Notes under the pieces: generated by a model
What the model saw: the letters and a program-made list of their open reading frames with translations, nothing else
Told to the model about the DNA's origin: nothing
Databases searched by the model: none
Program-made: the position numbers and the translations under genes
DNA from: the human T2T-CHM13v2.0 reference genome, Homo sapiens
Assembly: GCF_009914755.1 (NCBI RefSeq)
Contig: NC_060947.1
Direction: 5' to 3' (one strand)
Length of the DNA: 64,000 bases
Part shown: piece after piece, positions 46,042-64,000 of the stretch
Position numbering within the stretch: the first letter of the stretch is position 1
How the letters are laid out: every line of letters begins with the position of its first letter

Positions 46042-46493
<452 letters not shown>

Positions 46494-46852
46494 TTGAGAC
46501 ATCTGATGTCATCTTAATTTGTTTCTTCTATAGATAATGTGTTTTTTAATCTTTATCACTTTTGAGCAATGTAATTATAATATGCCTTGGTGGGTTTTTT
46601 TCTTTTATGTTTTTCTGCTTGGAGTTTATTGAACTTCTTGGATATTTAGGTTTATAGATTTCATCAAATTTGGAAAGTTTTTGGCCATTAATTTATCAAA
46701 TATTTTTTCCTCTTCACCTGCTTTCCTCCTTCACGGACTCCAGTTACCTATTTTAAGCTGCCTGAAGTTGTCCCACAGATCATTGATGTTCTTTGGATTT
46801 TTTGGATTTTTTTTTTCTCTCTGTGTTTTATTTTGGGTAGTTTCTATTTTAT

Positions 46853-48430
46853 TTTATTTTATTTTTATTTATTTATTTTTTTTTATTGATCATTCTTGGG
46901 TGTTTCTCACAGAAGGGGATTTGGCAGGGTCATAGGACAATAGTGGAGGGAAGGTCAGCAGATAAACAAGTGAACAAAGGTCTCTGGTTTTCCTAGGCAG
47001 AGGACCCTGCGGCCTTCTGCAGTGTTTGTGTCCCTGGGTACTTGAGATTAGGGAGTGGTGATGACTCTTAACGAGCATGCTGCCTTCAAGCATCTGTTTA
47101 ACAAAGCACATCTTGCACCGCCCTTAATCCATTTAACTCTGAGTGGACACAGCACATGTTTCAGAGAGCACAGGGTTGGGGGTAAGGTCACAGATCAACA
47201 GGATCCCAAGGCAGAAGAATTTTTCTTAGTACAGAACAAAATGAAAAGTCTCCCATGTCTACTTCTTTCTACACAGACACAGCAACCATCCGATTTCTCA
47301 ATCTTTTCCCCACCTTTCCCCCCTTTCTATTCCACAAAGCCGCCATTGTCATCCTGGCCCGTTCTCAATGAGCTGTTGGGCACACCTCCCAGACGGGGTG
47401 GTGGCCGGGCAGAGGGGCTCCTCACTTCCCAGTAGGGGCGGCTGGGCAGAGGCGCCCCTCACCTCCCGGATGGGGCGGCTGGCCGGGCGGGGGGCTGACC
47501 CCCCCACCTCCCTCCCGGATGGGCGGCTGGCCTGGCGGGGGGCTGACCCCCCCCACCTCCCTCCCGGACAGGGTAGCTGCCGGGCGGAGATGCTCCTCAC
47601 TTCCCAGACGGGGTGGCTGCCGGGCGGAGAGGCTCCTCACTTCTCAGACGGGGCAGCTGCCGGGCGGAGGGTCTCCTCACTTCTCAGGCGGGGCGGCCGG
47701 GCAGAGACGCTCCTCACCTCCCAGACGGGGTCGCAGCCGGGCAGAGGCGCTCCTCACATCCCAGACAGGGCGGCGGGGCAGAGGCGCTCCCCACATCCCA
47801 GACGATGGGCGGCCAGGCAGAGACGCTCCTCACTTCCTAGATGTGATGGCGGCCGGGAAGAGGCGCTCCTCACTTTACAGATGGGATGGCGGCCGGGCAG
47901 AGACGCTCCTCACTTTCCAGACTGGGCAGCCAGGCAGAGGGGCTCCTCACATCCCAGACGATGGGTGGCCAGGCAGAGACGCTCCTCACTTCCCAGACGG
48001 GGTGGCGGCCGGGCAGAGGCTGCAATCTCGGCACTTTGGGAGGCCAAGGCAGGCGGCTGGGAGGTGGAGGTTGTAGCGAGCCGAGATCACGCCACTGCAC
48101 TCCAGCCTGGGCGCCATTGAGCACTGAGTGAACCAGACTCCGTCTGCAATCCCGGCACCTCGGGAGGCCGAGGCTGGCGGATCACTCGCGGTTAGGAGCT
48201 GGAGACCAGCCCGGCCAACACAGCGAAACCCCATCTCCACCAAAAAAATACGAAAACCAGTCAGGCTGAGGCAGGAGAATCAGGCAGGGAGGTTGCAGTG
48301 AGCCGAGATGGCAGCAGTATAGTCCAGCTTCGGCTGGGCATGAGAGGGAGACCATGGGGAGAGGGAGACCATGGGGAGAGGGAGAGGGAGAGGGAGAGCT
48401 CTTTTTTTCTTTTCTTTGAGACAGAGTCTC
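46853..48430 (-). mobile_element. SVA retrotransposon (C/D-like), essentially full length, with 5' extra sequence
   Basis: Poly-T tail, SINE-R (~46885-47385), GC-rich VNTR (~47385-48010), Alu-like domain, (AGAGGG)n hexamers to ~48398. TSD GGTAGTTTCTATTTTAT at 46836-46852 and 48431-48447. Confidence 0.96.
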
Positions 48431-50310
48431 GGTAGTTTCTATTTTATGCCTTCAAGTTCACAAATATTTTCTTCTGCATTGTCTAGTGTGCTGTTTGTCC
48501 CTCCAGTGTATTTCTTCAACTCAGACATTGTAGTTTTCATCTCTAGAAATTAAATTTGGGTGTTTGAAAATATTTTTTATTCCTCTATTTACCTGTTTGA
48601 ACATACGGAATATAGATAACAAATGTTTAATGTACTTCTCTGATAATTCTAACATCTTTGGAAATTCTCAGTCAGCTTTGTTGATTATTCTCATTATGGG
48701 TCATATTTTTCTGCTTTTTTTTTTTTTTTGCATAACCAGTAATCTTTGATTTGATGCCAGGCCCTGTGAATTTTGCCGTTTTCATTGCTTGCATATTTTT
48801 GTATTCTTATGAACTTTTGAGCTTTGTTCTTTGATGCAGTTAAGTTATTCTGAAACAGTTTGATCGTTTTGGGTCATGCTTTTATGATTTGTTAAGCAGG
48901 TTCAGGGCATAAGTTTTTTCAGTTTGGCTGGATCATATCATCTGTGAATAAAATGGTTTTACATCTTCCTTTACAATCGATGTGCTTTTCATTTCTTTTT
49001 CTCAACTCACTATACTGACTAGGACAATGTTGTGTAGAAGTGGTGAAAGCAGACACCCTTGACTTATTTCCAACCTTAGGAGGAAAATACCGAGTCTCTT
49101 ACTATTAAATATAATGTCTATTGTAGGTTTTGTAGATGCCCTTTATCAGGCTGAGGAAGTTCCATTTTATTTTTAGTTTGTTGAGAAATTTTTTTATCAC
49201 GATTGAGTGTTGCATTTGTTACATGCTTTTTCTGCATTTATCGAGATGATTATATAGGTTTTCTTTTAATTCTACCAATATAGCGTATTGCATTAATTGA
49301 TCTTTGAATGTTAAACCAACCTTACATGTTCGTGGAGTAAATAGCACTTGGACATAGTGTATAATACGTTTCATATGCCACTGGATTCATTTTGCTACTA
49401 CTTTCTTGAGAATTTTTATGTCTATTCAAAAGGTATATTTGTATATAGTTTTCTTGTGATGTCTCTGTCTGTTTTTGGTATCAGAATAATGCTAGCCTTA
49501 TAGAATAAGTTGGGAAGTGTTACTTTTATTTTTTGGAAGAATTTGTGAAAGATTGTTATTGTTTATTCTTTAAATGTTTGTTACAATTCAGCAGCAAAGC
49601 AAGCTGGGCTTGGGCTTTTCTTTGAGGCAAGATTCCTGATTCGGTATCTTGTTAAATTTCTGTTAGATTTTCTATTTATTGCATTTCTTCCTGAGTTAGT
49701 TTTGGTAATTTGTGTTGAATGTATTTGTATTTTTCAAGTTATTTAATTTGATGTCATAAAATTGTTCATAGAATTTGCTTATAATCTTTTTAACTTTTTT
49801 TCAGTAAGGTCAGTAGTGATGTCTCTTCTTTCATTCAGATTTGATAATTTGTGTTGTCTGTCTTTGTTTCTTGGTTAGTTTACCTAAAGTTTTGTCAAAT
49901 TTGTTGATCTTTTTGAAGAATCAGCTTTTGGTTTCATTGACTTTCTCTATTGTTATTCTGTTTTCTATTTTGTAGATTCCTGCTCTAATTTTCATTATTT
50001 CCTTCATTTGGTTTGCTTTGGGTTCAGTGTGTTCTGTTTCTCATTTACTAAAGTACAAGTTTAGGTTATTGATGGGAGATCTTTCTTCTCTTGTGAAATA
50101 GATGAGTTTGTTCTGTTTTATTCAGCTCAATATATTTTAAATTTTCCTTGTGATTTCTTTTGTCCATGGATTACATAGAAGTATGTTGTTTAATTCCAAA
50201 TATTTGTAGAATTTCCAAATTTCCTTCTGTTGTTGATTTATAATTTATCATTTTAATTTTTTGGATGAATGCACCTTCTATGATTCAAATCCTTTAAAAT
50301 GTATTAATAA

Positions 50311-50790
<480 letters not shown>

Positions 50791-51344
50791 TTATTCTATG
50801 GCATTGAATATTATCTGTCTTGGAGAATGTTCCATATGCATTTGAGGAAAATGTATATTCTGCCATTGTGGGATGGAGTGTTCTAAGGATGATATTAAGA
50901 TCAAGTGGGTTGATAGTGTTCAGATTTTCTGTATCTTTGCTGGTATTTCTACCTTTTGTTCTAGCTATTATTGAACATCTGTTTGAAGCTTCCATATTAT
51001 TATTCAGTTGTCTATTTCTCCTTTCAATTCTGTCAGTTTTCTTCATTTATTTTGGAAAATCTGTTAGATGGGTTTACAGTTTTTATATGTTCATGACAAA
51101 TTGACCTTTTTATTATTATAAAATCATTGTCTTAGTCCTTAGTAACTTTTTTTGCTTTTGAAGTCTATTTTGTTTCACGTTAGTAAAACCATTTAAAGCC
51201 TCTTCTTAGAATGGTATATCTTTTACTGTCAACCCATTTTTTTATCTTTGAATACAAAGTGTGTCCCTTCTAGACTGCATATAGCTTGAACTTGCTTGTC
51301 ACAGTCTGTGCCCTTTTATTGGAATATTTAACTTATTTATATTT

Positions 51345-54300
51345 TATTTTATTTTTTGAGATGGAGTCTTGCTCTGTTGACCAGGCTGGAGTTCAGTGAC
51401 AGGATCTTGGCTCACGGCAACCTCTGCCTCCTGGGTTCTAGCAATCCTCCTGAGTAGATGGGATTTCAGGCACCCACCACCATGCCTGGGTGATTTTTGT
51501 GTTTTAGTAGAGATGGAGTTTCACCGTGTTGGCCAGGCTGGTCTTGAACTCCTGACCTTAAGTGATCCACCTGCCTCGGCCTCCCAAGGTACTGGGATTA
51601 CAGGTGTGAGCCACTGTGCTCGGCCTTATTTATATTTTATATATTGTTGATATAGTTGAATTTATGTATGCCATTAAATTATTTGTTTCTATTTATCTCA
51701 TGTGTTTTGTGTTTCTCTACCCCTTTTTAAATCCCGCCTTCTTTTTTGTTGTGGTAAAAAATACGTAAAGAAAAATTTACCATTTTAACCATTTTTAGGA
51801 GAACAGTTCTGTGACATTAAGTTCATTCACATTGTTGTGAACCATCAGTGCATCTATCTCCAGAACTTTTTCATCTTCACCAAATGAAACTCTGTACTCT
51901 CTAAACACTAGCTCCCCATTCTCCTTTCCCTCCAGTCCCTGGTAAACACCGTTTTGCTTTCTATCTTTAAGAATTTGACTATTCTAGGAATCACAAATAA
52001 GTGGAATCATATAATATTTCTGTTTTTGCGACTGGCTTATTTCACTTAGCATAACGTTTTCAAGGTTCATCCATGTTGTAACAGTTCACAATTTCCTTCC
52101 ATTTAAGACTGAATCATACCCCATTGTATATGTATCACCGTTTTCTACCCCAGCTTTTGAAGTGTAATTGACAAGTAAAACTTGCATATATTCAAGGTGT
52201 ACAGTGTGGTGCTTTGATATGCATATCCATTGTGAAATGATTATCACAATTCTGCTAATAACATCATTATCTCACATGGTAACTTTTTTTTTGTTTGGTG
52301 AGAATACTCAAGATTTCTTAAATTTCAAATATACATTATTATTAACTATAGTCATCATGCTGTACCATAGGTCTCCAGAAATTATTCATATTATAACTGC
52401 AAATTTATACCTTTTGACCAACATCTTCCCATTTCCCTCACCACCTCCAGCCTCTGGTAACCACCTTTCTACTGTTTCCAAGAGTTTAACTTTTTAAGAT
52501 TTCACTTAGAAGTGAGATCATGCAGTATTTGTCTTTCTGTGTCTAAACTATTTTACTTAGCATAATTCCTCCAGGTTTACCTATGTTGTCACAGATGGCA
52601 GAATTTCCCTTTTTTTTTTGGCAGGGTCTCACTCCCGTTGCCCAGGCTGGAGTGCAGTGGCATGATCTTGGCTTCCTGCAGCCTCGAATTCCCCAGGCTC
52701 AGGTGGTCTTCCCATCTCAGCCTCCCAAGTAGCTTGGACTACAGGCGTGGGCCACAATGCCTGGCTAATTTTTTGTATTTTTAGTAGATACAGGGTTTTG
52801 CCATGTTGCCCAGGCTGGTCTCAAACTCCTGGGCTCAAGCAATCTGCCTGCCTCGGCCTCCCAAAGTGCCAGGATTACAGGTGTGAGCCACCGCACCCGG
52901 CCCTTTGTGGTAGTATTATCGTGTATTACTTCTACATATGCTGTAAAGACACACCAGATTGGTACTAGTTTTTCTTTAGTCAATTATCTATTAGAACAAA
53001 TAGAAAAATAAAATTTATATTTACTTTCATTTATTCCATTTTGGCATTTATCATTTTTGTGTGTGTGTATTCAAATTTCTGTCTGAAATATTGCTTCTGC
53101 TGGAAAAACTTCCTTTTACATCTCTTGTAATGAAATTCTGCTGGGATTTTTAGTTTTTGTCTGATTTATTTCTCCTCATTTATTTATACTTTTAATTATC
53201 ATATAGTAACATTTACTCTTTCTGTGTACAGTTCTATGATTTTTGACAAATACATAGATATTTAACCAACACTACAGTTAGGATAAATTAAAAACTTTAT
53301 CATTCCCAATAATTCCTTGTGCTATCCTTTTTAAGTCAAATCTTTGGCCATGTATAATGTGATCTTTTAACTAACTCTAATAGTTTTGCCATTTTCAGAA
53401 TGCCATATACATGGAATCATAAAGTATGTAGGCTTTTGTTTAGCTTCTTTCACTTAGCATAATGCGTTTGAGATTCATCCATTTTGTTGCATGTATCATA
53501 GTCTTCCATTGTATGGCTATACTAGAGTTCATTAGTCAATTCAAGTGCTTTCCAGTTCTTAGCAGTGTTGAATAAAGCTGCTATCAATATTTGCAAGCAC
53601 ATTTTTGTGTTAACCTAAGTTTTTATTCCATTTGGTAAATACCTAGAATTTGGATTTCTGGGTAGTGTATATTCTATGTTATTGGCAACTGCAAAAATGT
53701 ATGGGAGTTCCAGTTTGTCTGCATCTTCACCAGCACTAACTAGTGTTAATGTTTTCTTTTAACTTTACCCATTTTAATAGTTCTGTAATAGTATCTTATT
53801 GTGGTTTGAATATGCATTTCTCTCGTGACTAATGATGTTTGGCTTTTCATGTTCTTATTTGACATTCATGCATAATCTGTAAACAAGGATTTGTTTAAAT
53901 ATTTGGCTTGTTTTTAAAAAGTGGGTTGTTTTGCCATTATTTAGTTTTGTGAATTATTTATATATTCTACATATATGTCTTTTGTCCTATATGTGATTTG
54001 CATATATATTCTATAAGTCCGTGGCTTGCTTTTTTATTCTCTTAACCATGTCTTTCACAGAGCAAAGGTTTTAAATTTTGTTGAACTTTATCTTTTTTTA
54101 ATATGAATTATGTTTTTGGTGTTCTATCTTAGAAATCTTCGCTTTACCTGAAGTCACAATTATATTCTCCTATGTTTTTTCTAAAGTTCTATAATGTTAT
54201 ATTTAAAAGTTAAGTCTATTACCATTTCAATTTCTTATATAAATTTTGAGGTTTTAAAATTAATTTAGTTTAAGTTTTTGAGACAGTGTCTTGCTTTGCC

Positions 54301-54837
54301 GCCCAGGCTGGAGTACAGTGGCACAATTGGCCTCCAGGGCTCAAGCCATCCTCCTCCCTCAGCCTCCCAAGTAGCTGGGACCACAGGCATGCACAACCGT
54401 ACCTGGCTAATTTTAATTTTAATTTTAATTTTTGTGGAGATGAGGTCTTGCTATGTGGCACAGGCTGTTCTTGATCTTGAACTCTTGGGCTCAAGAGATC
54501 CTCCTGCCTAAGCCACCCAAAGTGCTGGGATTATAGGCATCAGCCTCTACACCCAGCTAAATGGTGAGGTTTAGGTTAAAGATTTTTCTCTTAAAATGTA
54601 TTTGTTTGCTCACTGCAGCCTCCACCTCCTGGGTTCAGTCGATTCTCCTGCCTCAGCCTCCCTAGTAGCTGAGACTACAGGCATGCGCCACAACGCCTGG
54701 CTAATTTTTGTATTTTTAGTAGAGACAGGGTTTTGCCATGTTGGCCAGGCTCGTCTTGAACTCCTGACCTCAGGTGATCCACCAGCCTCGGCCTCCCAAA
54801 GTGCTGGGATTACAGGCATGAGCCACTGTGCCTGGCC
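51345..54837 (-). mobile_element. Antisense Alus 51345-51625, 52609-52901, 54275-54558, 54606-54837
   Basis: Alu motifs embedded in old L1. Confidence 0.85.
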
Positions 54838-54842
54838 TAAAG

Positions 54843-55606
54843 TTTGTTTTTTTTTTTTTTTTTTTTTTTTTTTATACTTTAAGTTTTAGGGTACGTGTGC
54901 ACAACGTGCAGGTTATTTACATATATATACATGTGCCATGTTGGTGTGCTGCACCCATTAACTCGTCATTTAACATTAGGTATATCTCCTAGTGCTATCC
55001 CTCCCCCCTCCCCCCACCCTACAACAGGCCCCGGTGTGTGATGTTCCCCTTCCTGTGTCCATGTGTTCTCATTGTTCAATTCCCACCTATGAGTGAGAAC
55101 ATGCGGTGTTTGGTTTTTTGTCCTTGAGATTGTTTGCTGAGAATGATGATTTCCAGTTTCATCCATGTCCCTACAAAGGACATGAACTCATCATTTTTTA
55201 TGGCTGCATAGTATTCCCGTGGTGTATATGTGCCAAATTTTCTTAATCCAGTCTATCATTGATGGACATTTGGGTTGGTTCCAAGTCTGTGCTATTGTGA
55301 ATAGTGCCGCAATAAACATACGTGTGCATGTGTCTTTATAGCAGCATGATTTATAATCCTTTGGGTATATACCCAGTAATGGGATGGCTGGGTCAAATGG
55401 TATTTCTAGTTCTAGATCCCTGAGGAGTCGCCACAGTGACTTCCAGTGTGGTTGAACTAGTTTCCAGTCCCACCAACAGTGTAAAAGTGTTCCTACTTCT
55501 CCACATCCTCTCCAGCACCTGTTGTTTCCTGACTTTTTAATGATTGCCATTCTAACTGGTGTGAGATGGTATCTCATTGTGGTTTTGATTTGCATTTCTC
55601 TGATGG
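54843..55606 (-). mobile_element. 5'-truncated L1PA 3' end
   Basis: ORFs 54966..55166 and 55191..55595 resemble the L1 ORF2p C-terminus; poly-T tail; CTGGCCTAA on both flanks (54832-54840, 55608-55616). Confidence 0.95.
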
Positions 55607-55629
55607 TCTGGCCTAACCTTTTTAAGAAT

Positions 55630-60121
<4,492 letters not shown>

Positions 60122-60829
60122 TAATTGTGGCCTCATAAAATGAATTTTGAAGTATTTTCCCTTATTTTTTTTTTAGAAGATTTTGAGAAAGATTGGTGTT
60201 CTTTTTAAATGCTTGGTATAAATCACTAGTGAAACCATATGACCCTAGTCTTTTCTTTGTTGGGATATTTTTTGATTACTGATTCAGTCTTCTAACTAAT
60301 TCTAGGTCTGGTCAGATATTCAACTTCTTTATAATCCAGTCATTAGGTTTATGTTTCTAGAAATGTATCCATTTCTTCTAGGTTTTCCAATTTGTTGGCA
60401 TGTAATTGTTCATAATAATATCTTACAATCTTTTATATTTATGCAGTGTCAGTTGTAATATCTCCTCTTTCATTTCTGATCTTATTTAAGTCTTCATGTT
60501 TTTTCTTAGTCTAGCTAAAGGTTTATCAATTTTGCTTATGTTTTCAAAAAACTCTTAATTTTGTTGATTGTTTCTATTGTTTTTCTAACATTTGTTCCAT
60601 TTTTATCTCTAATCTGTGTTATTTTCTTCCTTCTACTTTTTGGCCTCAGTTTTTTTTTCTTTTTCTAGTTCCTTGAGGTGTAAAGTTAGATTGTTTATTT
60701 GAGATCTTTCTTTTTTGTCAATGTAGGTATTTATTGCTATAAACTTTCTTTTTAGAACTGTTTTTGATGCATGCCATCCATTTTGGCATGTTGTATTTCC
60801 ATTTTTGTTTCTTTCAAGATTTTTTCTGG

Positions 60830-62095
60830 GTAAGGGGCTTCAAGATGGCTGATTAGAGGCATCTCCTACTACCCTTCTCCACTAAGTGGAACCAAAATAG
60901 TGAGTAGATAATCACACTTCAAATAGATCATCCAAGAGAGAATATTGGAATTCGACAGAAAAGTGACAGAAAACACCTAAAGCTAGGAAGGAGAAGGAAA
61001 TGAAGCATCCTGCTGGGCCAAGATCACCTTGGATCTGGGGGAGACTCTCCAATGCAGGAAAAGGATAAGTGAGAGACCCTAGCAGTCCACATTCCCACCA
61101 TGGACTCCTACAATCCTAGCTATGGGAGAGCCCCTTGACCCTTATGGGCCCTGAGACTAACATAGGGAGCTCCCTGGAAACTTCATGAAGGTTATTGCTC
61201 CAGAGGAAGCACTCATGCGGGGTCCCAAAAGCCCCTGAGTCCTAAGCAGCAGCAGCAGCAGCACAGTAGCATTTTAAGAGCCCAGCCCACAGCGGACTGC
61301 ATCCTACTCTGTAACCAGGGCTGAGGCAGCAATCCTGCACCCACTGCAGAGGGGTGCCTGTGTATTCTCACATGCCCCAAGGACAAATTCCCCTTTGGCA
61401 ACCTCCGTGGCTGCAAACTGCTGTGGGCCAAGACACAAGTAAAGCCAATACCCCCCAGCTTCTTACCTATGGCAACTAGGGAAAGCAATCTTGCCCTCCT
61501 CAGTAGTAGGGCCACAGTGCAGCTGCTGCTGCCTCTACCTGAGCATTCTGCCAACGGCCTGGGCCTCATTTCACCTCTACATACCACAGACAGCATCTAT
61601 AGCACCATTGAGGTGCCTGAGGGCTCAGCTCAGCCCGGATCCAGCCCCCTTGTACCTGAGCACACCATCCAGGAGGCTGAGAGTGGCCCAGCCCAGTCCA
61701 CCACCAGTGGCACCTAATCATTCCTCCTGGTGTCTGAGATCGGGCCCACTCAACTTGCTCCTACCACCACTGCTGGCACCCACCTACACGACCCACCTGT
61801 AGGTTTGGAGACAAGGCCAACCAACCCATCACAGCCAGTTCCAACACCAGTGCTGACTGACTACTTGGGTTTCAGAGGGTTTTCCCACCACTTCGATTGC
61901 TATCACCCATGCCATGAACACTGCCCAACGGTTTGAGAACCTGCCCACCTACCTGGTCCACTGCTGCCATTCCTGGTACCTGAGCAAGCCATCTGGAGGT
62001 CAAGAGTCAGCCTGCCTGGACACACTAACACTAGTGGCAGCATATGCTCCCATGGAGCCCAAGGACAGGCATGCTTAGCCCACCACTGCCACCAT
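60830..62095 (+). mobile_element. Old L1 (L1PB/L1MA-like) 5' UTR in sense orientation
   Basis: Begins GGGGCTTCAAGATGGCTGA (YY1 motif typical of L1 5' ends); abrupt GC-rich block inside AT-rich antisense L1. Confidence 0.6.
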
Positions 62096-62431
62096 GAAAC
62101 GTTCTGTAAATGTTTGTTAGGTATATTTGTTACAAAGTGCGGTTTAAATCCAATATTTCTTTGTTGGTTTTTCTCTCTGGATGATCTGTCCAATGCTAAG
62201 AATATGGCATTGAATTTTCCTCCTATTTATTGTGTTGGAGTCTATTCCTCACTTTATGCCTAATAATATTTGCTTTATATATGTGGGAGCTCCAGTGTTG
62301 TGTTTTGGGTTTGGATAGAAATTTCATTAAACCTGTGTATTAATTTGAGATAATTACCTTTTTAAAAAAACTATAATAGGCCCTCCAAAACTTGAATATA
62401 GTATAGCTCCACTAATTTAGGTCTTCTTTGA

Positions 62432-62839
<408 letters not shown>

Positions 62840-63402
62840 AGGGTTGTACTTTTAATTTCCGTTTCCACATGGTCGTTGCTTTTATATAGAAATATAATTG
62901 AGTTCTGTATGTTTATCTTGTAATCTGTGATTTTGCTAAACTCACTAATGTGTACTAGGAGATATTTTGGTAGCTATTTTGGGATTTTCTATGTAGATTA
63001 TCATGTCCTCTGCAAATTTGGACAGCTTTATGTCTTCCTTTTCAATCTGTATGTCTCTTATTTCTTTTTCTTGCCTATTGCACAGCTAGAACTTCCAGTA
63101 CAATGTTGAATAGAAGTGGTATGAGAAGACATCTTTGCTTTGTTCCATATCTTAGGGAAAAGCATTCAGTCTTTTACCATTTTTTGTAATGTTAGTTGTA
63201 TGTTCGTTTTTAGATGCTCTTTGTGAAATTAAGAAAATATCCATCTATTACTATTTTTTCTGAGAGCTTAAAAATTCTCATTCATAGGTATTCAATTTTA
63301 TCAAGTGCTTTTCTGCATCACTTGATATGATTATATGGTTTTTCTTTCACTTTAGTCTGTTGACATGGTAGATTCCACTGATGGATTACAAATATGGAAC
63401 CA

Positions 63403-63675
63403 GGCCGGGTGTGGTGGCTCACGCCTGTAATCTCAGCACTTTGGGAGGCTGAGGCGGGTGGATCACTTGAGGTCAGGAGTTCGAGACCAGCCTGGCCAAT
63501 GTGGTGAAACCCTGTCTCTACTAAAAATACAAAAACTAGCCAGGCGTGGTGGCACACGCCTATAATCCTAGCTACTTAGGAGGCTGAGGCAGGAGAATCA
63601 TTTGAACCCGGAAGGTGGAGGTTGCGGCGAGCCAAGATCGCGCTACGGCTCAAAAAAAATAAAAAATAAAAAAAA
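63403..63675 (+). mobile_element. Alu (3' deletion before tail)
   Basis: TGGAACCAG flanks both sides. Confidence 0.9.
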
Positions 63676-64000
63676 GTGGAACCAGCCATATCGGCAATGC
63701 TTTAACTTTATTCCTCAAATTTTATTATGCTTTATTTTATTTTTTATTCAATTCAATTTTTTTGATATCCTTTTGAAATACTTCCTCTTTGACCCATGTA
63801 TCATTTTCAAAATGGGTTGTTTAGTTTCCAAGTGTTTGAAGATATTCTTGTTATTTTTTGATACTGATTTTTTCTTTTTTTAATTTAAAAAATTTTTGTG
63901 CGTACATAGGTATATATGTTTATGGAATACATGAGATGTTTTGATACAGGCATGCAATGTGAAATGAACACATCATGGAGAATGAGGTATTCATCCCCTC

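Noticed and set aside
47385-48010. Regularly spaced repeats superficially like a CRISPR array
   Set aside because: SVA VNTR with no unique spacers, in a eukaryotic context.
47055-48243. Long GC-rich ORFs (up to 250 aa)
   Set aside because: They are read through the stop-poor SVA VNTR.
61213-62193. ORFs and a short (CAG)n run at ~61246-61263
   Set aside because: Within an old L1 5' UTR; the repeat is too short to be notable.

Overview
Primate (very probably human, X-linked) genomic DNA containing the complete GNL3L gene on the + strand. GNL3L is a nucleostemin-family, circularly permuted YlqF/YawG-type GTPase. A CpG-island promoter lies at ~4.85-5.4 kb and a non-coding exon 1 ends at 5162. 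Fifteen coding exons (7427-35462) splice to an intact 1749-nt ORF (582 aa + stop) with canonical GT-AG introns, followed by an Alu-rich 3' UTR. The rest is repeat-dense: more than 50 Alus, MIR/L2, MER5A, MaLR LTRs, an SVA, two L1PA 3' fragments and ~25 kb of old antisense L1. Almost all supplied ORFs outside the GNL3L exons are Alu/L1/SVA or low-complexity artefacts. I see no evidence for a new protein-coding system. The most unusual signals are: (i) two L1 fragments 37.9 kb apart that share a truncation point and apparently private variants; (ii) an SVA with a 5'-transduced Alu tail inside its TSD; (iii) three interlocking hairpins in intron 1; (iv) a perfect 45-bp non-TE duplication bracketing exons 4-5; (v) a cryptic CCAGGGTAGA repeat in intron 1; (vi) several splicing/NMD and poly(A)/inverted-Alu control candidates. 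Repeat boundaries and subfamily names were read by eye and are approximate.
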